From NCBI GenBank assembly GCA_965178125.1, contig OZ237771.1, forward strand, positions 310,001 to 374,000: a stretch of DNA of 64,000 nucleotides. The letters run 5' to 3'. The notes under the pieces were generated by a model that was not told the DNA's origin, searched no databases, and worked only from the letters and a program-made list of their open reading frames with translations. Shown here piece after piece: positions 50,901 through 63,525 of the stretch. Position numbers and translations under genes: made by a program. This DNA comes from Bilabrum cf. latius (taxonomy: Eukaryota). Each line of letters starts with the position of its first letter. Position 1 is the first letter of the stretch.

Positions 50901-53900
50901 CAGAAAGGCAGCATCGCCTACCAGATCGCTAGCGGGTCCCACGCCGCCACGGCCAGGAGGCAGGCGAGGCAGGCGCGAGCTGCGCTCCGAAGGGCGAGAT
51001 CGGGGGCGCACTCGTCATACGCAAGGAGGAGGAGCATTTCAGTGATGCCAACCGAGGACGTATTGCCTGGTCTGCGTGGGCCAGGCGGCAGCGGAGAATC
51101 AGCTGGTGCTGCTGCTGACGAAGATTCGAGCCGCGGAGCGATGGATGGAATGGGTTCGCCATCGGCCGATGGCAGGTCTTAGCGACCCGCTTCAGCCGCA
51201 TCTACCTCCTCTAACGCATCGCACTCGTCACACGCATCTAGAGCCTCAAGAGCATCATCACGTGCCTCGGCTGCGGGCGGGCGATCGAGGAGATCCGGGC
51301 GCCGTCATGGAGGCAACACGGTGGATGGAGGCAAGGGTACGGGCAAGGGCATAGGCAAAGGCAAAGGCAAGGGTGGTCCTGTCGACCGAGTGGCCCGCAG
51401 TGGACGCGCACTCGTCACAGGCACGCACGACAAGGGCCTGGTTGTGATGGGATCTGGCGTGTCCGGCGGGACAGATGGTGATGGTGGTGAGAGGAGACAT
51501 AGCGTTGTGTCCGTTGAGTCCATGCATCGGTCAGGAATCGCTGGTCGGAAGAGCAGCATCGATGCAGGGCGTCCCTCCTCCGGTACCGTGAGGCGTGTGG
51601 CGAGTGCATCCGCCGCCGTCAAGATGAACGATGCGGTCTCGGGCGACTCTGTAGGCGGCGACGTCACGGCCATGGAGGCGGGGTCGGGCGATATCGGGGG
51701 CCTGACTTCCTCCTCGAGCGCTGGCAGCCTCGCGGAGAAGCGTGTCTTGCGGCGAGAAGCAGAGCGGTACCACGCCTGGATGGGTCGGGAGGCATCATTG
51801 CTGCGAGCCCATGTGGGGCTGTCACGCGGTCTAGGCACAGACAGGTGGGGTGACGGTGACAGCGATGACGAGGCCGAGGCAGCTGATTTGGCGCTGGCAC
51901 TGGTGCAGCGGGACAGGCGCAGGGCACGGCATGGGGCCAGCAGCAGGCTGCTGCCGGAGCTGGATCGGGCGATCGGGGCGGTGGCGGTGGAGTCGGCTGC
52001 ACTCGGCCCGAGCAGCGGGAGCGGGGGCAGCGGCAACGATAGCCTTGCGGCGCATTCGGTGGGTGGCGGGGACGATGGCGGGCAATCCACCGGTGGATCT
52101 CTGCGTCTGGGCTCCAGCACGATGGGGGCCGGCAGCAGCGGCAGCAGCAGCGGCAGCCCGATCGGGCTCCACATCGGGGTAGGCACGGAGGGTGAGGATC
52201 ACACCGGGGAGGGCAATGCTGGGGGAGAGGAGGAGGAGTGGGCGAGGGTGGCTGAGCGGCTTGGCTTGCCACCGCCATTGCAGGTGGCGGATATCCTGCC
52301 TGCACGCTCGGTTGATGGAGGTGCTGGAGACGGGGGGGTCGGTCCCCACGGAAAACTGACACTTGAGGCAGCCCGTGACCTCGTGCAGAATGACCCCGCC
52401 AAAGCATGGAGGATGGGCAGGGGTGGTCCGCACGGTCTCTCTCCGCAGGAAACTGCTGCTGCACTGCAGCGAAGGTTGCTTTCGATGCAGGCACGGTCAG
52501 ACTGGTCCGGTGCACATGCAGGTAAGGGACAACACAGGGCCCTACCATCGAAGGGAGCGTCAGGGCCAGGGTCAGCGGCAGGAGCAGGAGCAGGAGCAGG
52601 AGCACTTGTCCCGAGCAAGATCGGATCGGGGTAGATCGCACCACGTCAGGGTCAGGACAGAGTCAGTCCTCGAGTCAGGCTCATGCATCCGTCTGACTCA
52701 TCGCAATCCATCGGTGGATTCTCTGCCGTCGTACCCAGCGTGGAAGGCAGCCCAATGGCGAGCGCCAGCAGTGGGGGCGGGTGGAGCTAGGCTGATGATG
52801 ACGAGGAGCAGGAGAGGGCCAGGATGTACGCTGTGGAGGGACTGTCAGCCATTGAGTCGCCAATAGGTATGGGGGGACGTCCAAGCGAGCACAGCAGTCC
52901 GAGCGAGGCGGGCAAATCGCCAGGTTCGCATGGCTCGGTCGACGGCAGCACTCGCGACCTGACGGACGGCACTACCTCCAAGCAGCAGGGCAGTACCGAA
53001 GCTGCAGGTGGTGCAGGGCATGGTGGTGCAGGGCATGAGGTCGTCGATGGTACCGCTGGTACCCCTGGCGCCAAGTCCGCGGTCGTCGAAGAAGCAGCAG
53101 CTGGAGCACAGGCTCAGACCACCGCCACCGCCACCGCCACCGCCACCAAGCCCACGGATGGCCGGAAACCTACCGGTGCATCCACGCAGCTCAGGGCAGA
53201 TCCAACGCTGAAGGAACTGCCGGTGCTAGGTGCACCGCACGATAGCGCGCAGTAGCACCAGTCGCCCGCAGTCCAACGCACCTAGGTGCAGACCAGGCAT
53301 CGCCACGTGTACGACCGCTATTACGCAAGTAGTGCGACTCGCGGGGTGCGCATAGCAAGGGGGGTGGTGCGAACCGGGGGCTCACAGGGTCGCGGAGCGA
53401 ACGTTCGTCAGGAAGGTTCGTCGAGGGCCTCGTAGTCCTCAATCGAAGTGAAGGGCAGGCTGCTGCCCCCTCCCCCACCCCCAACATTCTTCGCCAGGCA
53501 GTTCATGGCTGCAGCGGGAGCACCGGATGGAGAGCCCAATGCATAGGGAGGGGATGGGCAGCAGCCAGATGGGTCCACTCGTCACACAGCTGCGGCCCAT
53601 GGGTCCCTGGCACCCTCCCATGCCGATCCCATGACGAATGCATCGCTCGTCACACCGCGCCTGTAGGTAACGGGTGCTGCGCCGTCCAATTCCCCACAGC
53701 ACGCCCAGGCGGTAGCATCATCCAAGCCATCAGGTGGTAAAACCGGTCAGGAAGGCCGAGGCCGAGGCCAGCCAACGGTGCAACGGTCATCTGCGTCCAA
53801 GCCGGGCATGGGTGAAGGTCCAATCGACTACGGATCATTAGCGTAGGAAGACCGGCTGATCGAGGCAGCGGTTCTGGCCCTGCAAAGGCAGGAAGTTGCC

Positions 53901-56654
53901 ATCAACGTGTACTGGAGGCATGCAATGCAGCAGAGGGACGCGCAGTGGCAGGCGCACATGCAGACGGAGATAGCGCGATCCGTCGCAGAAGCGCTCCTGA
54001 GCCATGGGGTGCAGTTCACTGCAGCGTGGCACGAAGGGAGGGCGGCTGCATTCGGCGAGGAGGCGGCTGCTAGCATCGAGAGCGGCAGTGCGATGCACCT
54101 TGCGGCGGCCGGGTCCGGCATGGCACCGGGAGGCATTCCCCGTGATTTTGGTGCAGTGCACGGTGGCGCAGATCCCCCCAGTGGCTCCGGATCCACCCGC
54201 GGGTCTTACACCGGGCTTGACCCGCCCGTGCCGAGCTACCATCCACCGGACACCTCTGCTCAGCGTGACGCGAGCGCCTGGAGGCTCGGGGTGCAGGGGT
54301 CAGACAGCTACCAGTCGCTCCGTGGGGGCCATGCGCAGAGCCGCGGTGGGATGTAGCCGACGGGGGGACAACCCACCGGTGGAGTGGGACAGTCGTCTGG
54401 ATCCTTCGCGACTGCGCATTCGACTGGCGGGGTGGGGGGTGATATCCCCCCCCACCTACCCCCGGGGGTCATGCTTGACCCCACCCAGTACGGGGCCTAC
54501 CATGGTCGTCACACTCGTCACATAAGACAAGTTAGTGGATCAGGTTTGGTAGACGCGTCAATGCAGGTGCAGTCGCTTTCAACCCCCCGCGGCACCTCCA
54601 CCAGAGCCCCCCCCTATTGGGGACACGGGGTGCAAGGGCAAGGACAAGGGCATCGGCAGGATCATCTAGCCGCACAAGGTGCACAGCCAGGTCCTAGTGT
54701 TACACAGAGGTCTGGCCTGCTTTCTTCTAGAAGCGCACCAGATCTCCTGGATCTCGAGTCGTAGACACATGCCTAGAGACGGCAGGCCGCGGGTGCGAAT
54801 CCCGGTGACGTGGTGGCCGTACCGGGCGTGCTTTCCAGGACCAGCGGAGGATACAACGATGTGACAAGTAGAGACTCAGGGTCATTTGTGGGACGTGAAG
54901 TCCTCGCTGCATTCCAGGGTGGCCAAACCGGCATCGCAGGGGAACGTCAATCCACCGGTGGGTCCGGGGGAGCAGGCGACCAGAGGCAGACAAGGCGGGG
55001 CGGCCGCGGCCCGGCGGTGGTGTTCGGCATCGCCGGGCGGGAGCCGTTTTCCAGGCGGAGGCGGGTGGAGGGTGAAAGTAGCGTGCGGTTTGCGGAACAC
55101 TTGCAGCAGCCTCAGCAGCAACAACGGCAGCCTGGAATCAGCCAAGGAGGCAGGTGGCAGTCGGGCCAACCCTCTCCGTCGCTGGAGCAGCTGCACGCCA
55201 TGCAATTCCGGTTATCTGACGGCAGGTTCCGCATGACGGATAGGCGCCGCGCGCGGTCCAGCTCGCCACGACAGAGGGGTAGGGGTAGGGGTAGTGGAGG
55301 TTTAGCCGCGGCCGGCAGTGATCTATCAGGTTCCGCAGGGGCGCCGCGCAACTGGCCCTGGCACGTAACCGATGATCACCGGGGTGCTGCGTCCGACAGC
55401 CGTCGCCAGTCGTCTGCGGAACTTCGAGTGCGCGGCGCCCCGGCCGCCTCCCTCTCCCACGAAGAAGCCGCGCAGGTCCGGTGGCAGCAATCAGGTGGCG
55501 GACGACCCATCCAAGACCCCGGCCGCAGTTCCGGTTTCCTGAGGCAGCGGGGCCCCGGCCTAGCCCCCGAGGGAGTGCTGCCCAGGCAGGAGCGGGTGCA
55601 CGAGGTCACGTTGCCGAGGAGCGACAGTGGGCATGCACTGCCACCGCAACCGGGGAACAACTCGCGATCCCCAGCTAACGAAGGGGCCAGGGGTGGCAAG
55701 CGGCCTGCTGGAAGAGACGAGGGAACAAGGGCAGGACAGCATGGCGCTGGCAATGGCAGTGCATCCACCGGTGGATCAGCAGCTGTCGCCGCCGCCCCAA
55801 GGGGGCAGGGCAGCAGCCCAGTGGCAGTGCCCAGCGCGCTTCCTGCGGGCCCTGGGGAGACTGCCTGGCGCGAGGGCCTGCGTGGGGCTGTTACTAGTGT
55901 GACGAGTGCGTATGGTTCGCAGGTACAGTCCGCACAGGCGCAGGCAGCCCGTGCCATTGCGGCAGCGGCGGCCACTGGCGCCGGCTTTCAATCATTCGGA
56001 GTTCCTGTCAGGGATGGTCGCAATGACGGTGCTCATATGCACCAGTCCGTGTTTGCCCACCGCCGCGAAGTGCCCTCCTGGCACGCGCAGTACATGGCCG
56101 AGCAAGCGATGCAGCGCGATCAGCGGGTCCTCGGTAGATTATTCTCGGATGGAGGTGCAGACGGTCAGCGGCGCAGGCGACGATCGCGGGGGCAGGGGAG
56201 GCAAGCCCAGTAGGATGCTGCGGGAGGGGCCCGTGCCGTTGAGCAGGTGTCCGATGCGTACGACAGTTCGTCTGATGCGTACGCCGGTTGGTCTAGTGAC
56301 GACAGCGGAGCGATGCTACTGTCAGAGCAGTCCGCTGCCTCACGCTACTACAATGAAGGAGCCTATGGCAATGCATCGTCCGGGCAAAGTGGTAGTCGTA
56401 GTGCGGCTGTTAGCGGGGAGGAGAGTGACGATGGTGACCGGGGCGTGACTGGAGCGAATGCACCCGGGCCTCTAGGTGGGGCAATGGCAGGTAGGGCGAT
56501 CGGTGAGGGGGCGGCCATGCGCCGAGTTATGTACCAGGAAGCGGCAAGAGCCAGGCAGGTGTGGCTGGATGCTCAAAGGGCTGGGCTGGTCCAGTCGGGG
56601 GATGTGATCGGGAGGCAGGGCTCGAGGAGGAGGGGACAGGGGGGGCACTGGTGA
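47976..56654 (+). CDS. Giant hypothetical G/S/R/A-rich protein (~2,892 aa) with short coiled-coil segments
   Basis: Ten track ORFs in one frame; the gaps translated by hand contain only TAG. Ends TGA 56652-56654. No recognisable domain. Confidence 0.75.
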
Positions 56655-56856
56655 CCAGTGTCAGGTGATGTGATTGGGAGGTTTTCGTACAATCGTAGTA
56701 CCCGGATCCCCGGATTGCGCAGTAGCCACGATTGATTTCCAAACGGTATCCGATCTGTTTACCTTTGGAGAAGAATTAGTACGGGCACATATATCTGGAT
56801 CCGGATCAATCACCATCAGGCTGCCTTGCAAATCGGCAATCCAGGCAGATGTCGGA

Positions 56857-58512
56857 TCAAGTGCCCGGGCCTGTCGCCCCCACACCTTGACCGCCGGCCG
56901 AAGCCGAAGCCGAATCAACGCTCCGACCATCTGAACCACCCGAACAACGACTCTCAAAGCCTGAGGAATCGCAAGCCTTGCGCAAACAGCCCAGCATTTC
57001 GTCCACGGTTTCCTCGCCGGCCGGGGCCATTACACGCTCCAGAGGGCCATCATCCGCCACTCGCAATCGATCGGGAAGGCCCTCAAGCACGAGGCGCCGG
57101 TTCGACTCCGAGTAGACATCTCCTTTTCTTTCTTTGTGAAAAGCGAGACCCATCTGTGTAAGCAGGTCCTTTTCGTCCTCCACCAATGCCTCGATTGCGA
57201 CGAGTCCTTTGAAGCTGCTGTCGATCGTGTTGGAGGTCTTGAGCTTCTCCATGAGCGTGCTGGGGGTATCCATGCCAAATGAAGAGGTCCAGTTGCGGTA
57301 GGCTGCCCACATCACTCCGACCGTCTCGTGAGCACTCGTCACACCAGCCAGGGGCTTGGCGGAGGGGTCTTCGGCGATTGGGGCGGCGGCGCGGTCGTCG
57401 CGGGACCCCCCCTCCGCGATGCTCGCACTCGTCACGCCTCCCTACGGCACGCTGATTTCCACTCCGGATCCAACCGCCTTGATGTTTCTAATGTAGTTGG
57501 CGGCCTGGTCCAGCTCGAACGCGACGCACATGTCCGGAAACCAGGGGGGCAGGCGGTCCCGCAACCCCGGCCGGCGCAGCACCTGCCACATGATCGAGAG
57601 GCTGAGCCTGCTGGCGTCGTGCTCCGCGCTGTATGATTTCGTATCCGGATCCTTGGAGCCGAAGGCCTTGCCGTGGTGGTGCTGCACGAAGTGGACAATC
57701 TCGTGCGCGGGCACGGACACGCACGCGATCGCCTGCATGGCCGCGTACGTGGACGCGTGTGGCACGTCCCTCTCTCTCACCAAGAGGTCGCAATGGGCCT
57801 CTGTCCAATTTGCGGGGTTGGACAATCCCATGGTGGAGCGGGCTGGATTTGCCTCCCAGCTGATCTCATATGGGACCATGAATTGTTCGCCCGATATGGT
57901 AGTGTACGCCGCCCGAAACGAATCGATGGCGTCCTGCAGTGGAACGTGAGGCATGCTCGTCTGCACGTACCGCAGGATTTCCAAGCTGATTGTTCGCGTC
58001 AATCCCAAGTAGTCGAACGATTCCACTTCATCGTAGGTGCTGGATGAGTCTGACGTTTCATCCGCCGCCGCGCGATCTTTTTCTCCTCTATGATTCCTGC
58101 CGACGATTCTCGCGAACGGCTTGCTCACCGCGACCGTAGCTGCATCCATCTACTCAACGCTGTCAACTGGCTTGCCGTCGTACAAGAGTCGAACGTGTGT
58201 TTCTAATTCACCGAATTCTATGTGTATCTGAGCGTCACGCAAGCCCAACGCGATTGTGTCAGCTGCGCCACGCAAGAACCTGGCGTGGAAGCGAGTGGAC
58301 GACGCTTTCAGATCGATCCAACCACGTGCTGTGCTAGGCGCTGCATCTGGGTCCGATACATTGCTTCTATCTTTAGCATCAAGCACCGGACGTAAAATAC
58401 TTCTGAAGAATCGGACGGCCACAAACGCTGCGAGAACGCGCAGTGCTCGATCAGTAAGGATAGGATCAGTCGGGTGCTCGGAGGTGCTGTCAGATCCTGC
58501 CGCCCCAGCCAT
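56857..58512 (-). CDS. Putative zinc metallopeptidase (HExxH...E, gluzincin-like), ~551 aa
   Basis: Three same-frame ORFs joined by TAG 58150 and 57442. Motif AHEIVHFVQH...YSAEHDAS. Ends TGA 56857. Confidence 0.65.
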
Positions 58513-58687
58513 TTACGAGACCAGGTAAATGATTCGATTAGAACGGAAGGAACTGATTAATTTACTCTTTGGAATAATGAGCGCAATGGGCCGTCGGCTA
58601 CATCCCGGAAGTGCAACTCGAACAATGTTTGCTCCGCTTGCTGGCTATTCAATACCTTGAAGCGCATCAGTGCACTACAGAACAGGC

Positions 58688-59929
58688 ATGACTACATCAC
58701 GCATGTTTGGGCTGTTCGCCCTATCTGTGCCGATTGCATCAAGCTTTGTGTTTTTAAGTGCAAATGCGCGCCATACGGCCGGGTAGTGCTTGGGTTTTGT
58801 AGTCGACTGCGGCGGCACGCCAGATGATCATACCGACAACAGTGATGCCTTCGAAAGGTGCTTCCAGCTGGCAAGCAAGCAAAGCGGGTGCATCGTGATC
58901 GAGCCAGGCACCTACTAGTCGAGTGGGGCGATTCTGAACGTTTCGAACGTGTTTATCCTGGCGCATCGCGGCGTCGTCCTACGGCCATGGCATGGGATCA
59001 CGAAATCAGAAGGTTTCTTCCGAATCGGGTAGCCGTACCTATCAACTCAGGCGCAACTCGTCCAGAACGTGACGATTGCCGGCTTGCTCGGTGACGACTT
59101 GGACGAGCAACCAGAGGGGCGTATCAGGGATAGAGCGATCCATTCAGGGGACATTTTTACCATGGATTCCAGTGTAGCGCTAGTGGAGCCCTGGAAAATG
59201 CCCGCCGTGTCGGTCTGCGGCTGGGTGCGGAACTTCACCATCGCCAACATGAGGGTACTGCAGGCCAACCCCGACGTAAACCAAAGCGCACGCTACCCGA
59301 ATCAGCTCGCCGCCCTGAATTTCAACCAGGACCACGATGCAAGTGGCAATCGGCGCAATCCCACAGACGGTGCGATCGAGAACATAACGACCCTCGGTGG
59401 GACGTGGGGCTACGGCACCGTGCAGGTGCGCAGCGGGGAGCGCTTGCGGTTCCGGAACATCGATGGGACCGGTGGCATCACGCTGCGGCTGGAGAGCGGC
59501 GGCGGGGGTGACGAGTACATCGACCAGGTGCTGGCGGATAATATAACGTGCAGATACGGAGATTCCGCGCTGATGACGGAGCCGCATGTGCAGCAGAACG
59601 GGGTGTTTCATGCAACCGGCCTCCAGTCGGTCGGATGCAGCGCCACTGTTCTCCTAAACGGGGGGTACTCCCAGCGGGGACTGCCCCCGGGGCACTTCTC
59701 CAATGACAGCACCGTGAATGGTGTGACGAGTGCGTACGGGCACCCGGGATGGGCGCAGTGGAGCAAGACCCAGCACAACGCCAGCGCATGCGCCGCCTGC
59801 CTCCACGAGAATTCCAACATGAATTACAAAGTGACTGTCAGTGGTGTGACGAGTACTGGGTACCCCGCTCCCGCCAATCGGACCACTTGCATATTCGCAA
59901 ACCGCAACAACCCTTGCCCGCTTGGATGA
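58688..59929 (+). CDS. Secreted glycoside hydrolase family 82 (iota-carrageenase-like beta-helix), ~413 aa, intronless
   Basis: Signal peptide; DCGGTPDDHTDNSDAF...IVIEPGTY; WGYGTVQ...FRNIDGTGGITLRLE...ADNITC..GDSALMTEPHVQQNG...SVGC. Collinear with Alteromonas fortis CgiA as recalled (FGYGLIQ...FRNLHSEGGIALRME...ADNIRC...GPHFMKNG). TAG at 58784, 58916 and 59030. Ends TGA. Confidence 0.85.
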
Positions 59930-60184
59930 TGACAGAGCGGCGCACCAGTAGATGCTCGGATCGTGGGCAAACCATGCTATTGATGAAACTCGAGAAGCTG
60001 GGCAAAACTTATTAATAGATATCAATCAACTCCATTGATCAGACAAACAAAGTACACCTGTTCAGGCCCCGCCCGCCGGGCCAGACGATCCAATCCAATC
60101 TTCGCCTGCACTCGTCACGCTACATCAAGCCCCCATCCACGGATCTTCCGGGACGATTATCCAGCCAGGCCCATTCAGGGCACA

Positions 60185-63100
60185 TCAGTTCAGCCCGGCC
60201 CCGAGACTCTCCAACCCGGGCCACACCGCACCAGCAGACGTACCAGAGCCGGTCGCCCCCCCCGCCCCCGCCCCTGCAGCACCTGCACCTGCACCCGCTG
60301 CACCCATGCCGTACCCTGCACCTGCCATCGAATAAGTGGGATTGGCAGGGACGGCACTCAGCACATCCACACCGGTGCTTGGCACGCCCGCAGTGCCCGC
60401 ATCCCCACCACCACTTCCAAACACGTCGTACGCCCCGAGCGCGCCCCCATTGCCGAACAGGGACGAGGTGAACGCAGACATGTCTGAGGGGTCCCCCCCA
60501 CCCCCCAGACTCGGCAGGATCGGATCAGACACGCGAGGCAAGCCGCTTCCCCGGCTCAATGCGTTCCCCACACCTGCGCTTGAAGTGCCACCAGTGACCC
60601 GCCCCGCTGATGTACCCACCGCACCCGCACCCGCACCCACGGACGAGTCAAGCCCCCTGGCTCCAGCAAAGCTGATCGGGGCATCGAAGCCGCGACTGCC
60701 GGCACCCGGGGCGCCAAGGCCCGGGTCCGGCCTGGCTGCTTGGCGCAAGGCAGGCGCGGGTGCAGCGGCAGGTGCTGGCGCAGGCTCGCGAGGTGCAACG
60801 CGTGGTGCAGCCGAGGGAGCGGGTGCTGGGGCGGTTGCGGTGCCCCGTCCCGAGCTCCCATCGTGTCCTGCTGCCTGCTTCTGCCCCTAGCCCTGGCCTT
60901 GGCCCTGGGTCTGGCTCTCGGCTGCTTCGAGGCCAGCTCCCGGCCTGACCCTGAAGACCGGGCCCCTGGGGTGCTTGATCCGATCCATGATCTCCACTGG
61001 GATCTTGCCCCTCTTTGCCAGCTGGCAGCACACCCCCTTGATGGTCATGGGTGCGCTTCTGATCCTGCAAAGGTCGCAGAATCCCTGCGAGCAGGCCTCC
61101 AAGTCGTCCATGGCTCGCCTGTGGAACATGCGCGTGTACTGCGCGTCCCATTCGTCGGCGATGAACTCGGGCTCATTGGAACCCACCTGCCTGGCTGCCT
61201 GGAACATGCGGTCGGCGAACTGACGAGCGTTCGAGGTGGGCTGCCCGGGATCTGACGCCCCGCCTGTGCCAGCGGTCCCGGCTGCACCGGCAGCACCAGC
61301 CGAGACCCTAGGAGCCGGCACGTCTACAGCCGACTCCGAGTAAGGGCCCCTCATCCCCGAGTCGATCTCGAACACGGGGCCCAGGGACTGCGCGATCTGC
61401 ACGCCGAACCAGGTCTGCTTGCACAGCCTCACGCACACTCCCTTGACCGTCTGCGGCGGGCTCCTGATGGTGCACAGGGTGCAGAAATCCTCCCCGCAGC
61501 CCTCCAGATCCGTCATAGGCATGCGGTCGAACAGCCTCGCGTAGTTGGACTCCCAGTCCTGCGCCTTGAAGGACCCGTCCTCCCTGTTTGACCTGGAGGC
61601 AGCCAGAGCTGCCTGCATCATGCGCTTCGCGAATCGGCTGGCGGCGTTGTCTGGCTCCCCTGCTGGTGCCCGTGGCTTGGAGGAGGAGGAAGAGGAGGAC
61701 CCCCCGCTGGGGAGTACCCCCCTGGTGGGGGCGGCGGACGGGGGTGGCGGCCCGGGGGCGGACTTGATCACCGAGGCGAACGAAGAGCCCCCGCCCCATG
61801 CACCTGCCTTAGGTGCCGGTGCCGGAGCCGGGGCCGGTGCAGGGGCCGGGGCAGGTGCAAGTGCAAGTGCTGTGGCGACTGTGCCGAGACCCGGGGGCGC
61901 CGACGGTGCAAGCCCCGCTGCCAGTGCGTCTCGCATGCCCCCGGTTGCAACCGACGATGCACTGGCGTCCCGCCCTCCATCTCCGAAGATTCCACTGCTT
62001 TCTTTTCCTGGCGTCTCCCTGATGAAATACTCCACTGCGGGCGGGTGCCCCTCGCGTATGCGCTGCACGGGCGATTCTGGGGCCAAAAGGAATGATTTGA
62101 TGATTCGGTCCAGGGTGGAGGCGTCGCGGAATTGTTCCCTGGCCTCTGCACTGCCGGTTTCCTGGATGGCCGCAATCACGTCGCTCGGCTCGCACCCCCG
62201 CTCCCCGGCACCGATGGCCACTGTGACGAGTGTGCTCAGGGCCTCCCTGACGACGTCGTCCTCCTCGTCGCCCTAGCTCCGAATCCACCGCTGGATGGCG
62301 GCGGAGATGACTGTCCCTGCGCCGCCGCTGGCCCTCTGCCAGAGGCACTAGGTCGCGGCACGGTCGGCCAGCGCCTGGTGCCCAAGCTGGGAGTGTAGCT
62401 GGTCTCGCCTGGCGCGCTTGTCGACCATGTGACGAGTGTACTGCGCCTCCAGCCCGTCCAGGTGCCGCAGGAATGCGATGCCCCGGACCGAGTGCGCCGC
62501 TACCACTGTGACGAGTGCTCTGGCGGCACCGAAGCAGAGCCGCATGCGGTCTGGGACGTCCCAGCCGGACTGCTCTGCCTGCGCGCCTGCGCTTAGCACA
62601 AGCAGAGCAGACGCTGCCTGCTGCACGATGTGAGCTGCTCCCATGGAAGCAACCCCCGCCGAGTCTGTAGGGTCTGCGCCCAGGGATCGCATGAGCTGCT
62701 GCGCCCCCGCCGCCCGCCCGACAGAGCTCGCCGGCTGGGCAAGCAGCCGAAGCAGGCTGTAGACATCCATCGAACGAGGAGACATAAGAGAATCTCCAGT
62801 TGAAGATGCTTCGCGGCCGTCAATTTGAGACGGCATGATCGGTGCCACAGCTTGCCGCATCGTTTCCATGCTTCGTTGGAAATAATCGAATGGCGAAAGC
62901 TCTGCTGGAAGCCACTGCGTCTGCGCGACAATCTCGTCGCCGTGACAAGTCGGTACGGTTGCATAAAACAAATTAGTAGCAGTCGCATGCTCTGCAGGCA
63001 CAGACTTGGCGAGCCCGGAAGGACGTACGCGGGCATCAGCTGGCAGAGCGAACACTGCGGGGCGAGCACATGGCGACGCCTCCCCCGAAGCCTGATACGA

Positions 63101-63283
63101 TTGTACTGCCTACCTTGAGATCCTAGACGCATCATCTGCGGACACTCTCATGGTTCCGTGGAGCATTTTTGCTACATCAGAAGCTTTGAGGTCCGATTGG
63201 GATGCTTGCCCAAGTCCCGCATTGTATTTGTCAGCATACTGCCGTGCTTGCGCTAAAAGTGCGCGAACACGGTCTGATTCCAT
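60185..63283 (-). CDS. Hypothetical protein (~1,032 aa) with two copies of a ~75-aa Cys-containing domain
   Basis: Four same-frame ORFs joined only by TAG (including 63110, 62348, 60887). Ends TGA 60185. Internal duplication DLEGCGEDFCTLCTIRSPPQTVKGVC / DLEACSQGFCDLCRIRSAPMTIKGVC. Confidence 0.75.
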
Positions 63284-63525
63284 ACTTAGTATATAAATAC
63301 TAGTCACACGGGCGACCGGATTACTATATGATGCTGGAGCAGCGATGAATCAGTTGTGTTCTAGCACGACCGGCCACTGGCATCAAGGATTCATCGAACC
63401 TTCGAAATGAACGTTCCCCCAACATTGATTTTTTTTCCACGGCTTTCGGATTGATAGTCCTACGACTTGCCTGTAAAACTTCATGCGTCCGCAACTCATG
63501 CCAACAAACAATAAATCATGTGCAC

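Noticed and set aside
57095-57115. GGTTCGACTCC as the T-loop of a suppressor tRNA
   Set aside because: The stem pairs poorly, no cloverleaf, and it lies inside a CDS. No tRNA or rRNA gene was recognised in the window.
39432-59929. Bacterial contamination or a polysaccharide utilisation locus explaining GH86 and GH82
   Set aside because: Both genes use in-frame TAG like their neighbours, lie among intron-containing eukaryotic genes, and no SusC/SusD or operon structure is present.
3942-63283. Mass pseudogenisation or sequencing error as the cause of the many internal stops
   Set aside because: The interruptions are exclusively TAG, with no frameshifts, TAA or TGA across tens of kb, and include conserved housekeeping genes.
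8084-63283. Ciliate-type code (TAA and TAG both Gln) or pyrrolysine
   Set aside because: No in-frame TAA in the merged genes, and TAA ends three of them. TAG contexts are Gln-like and no pyl genes are present.
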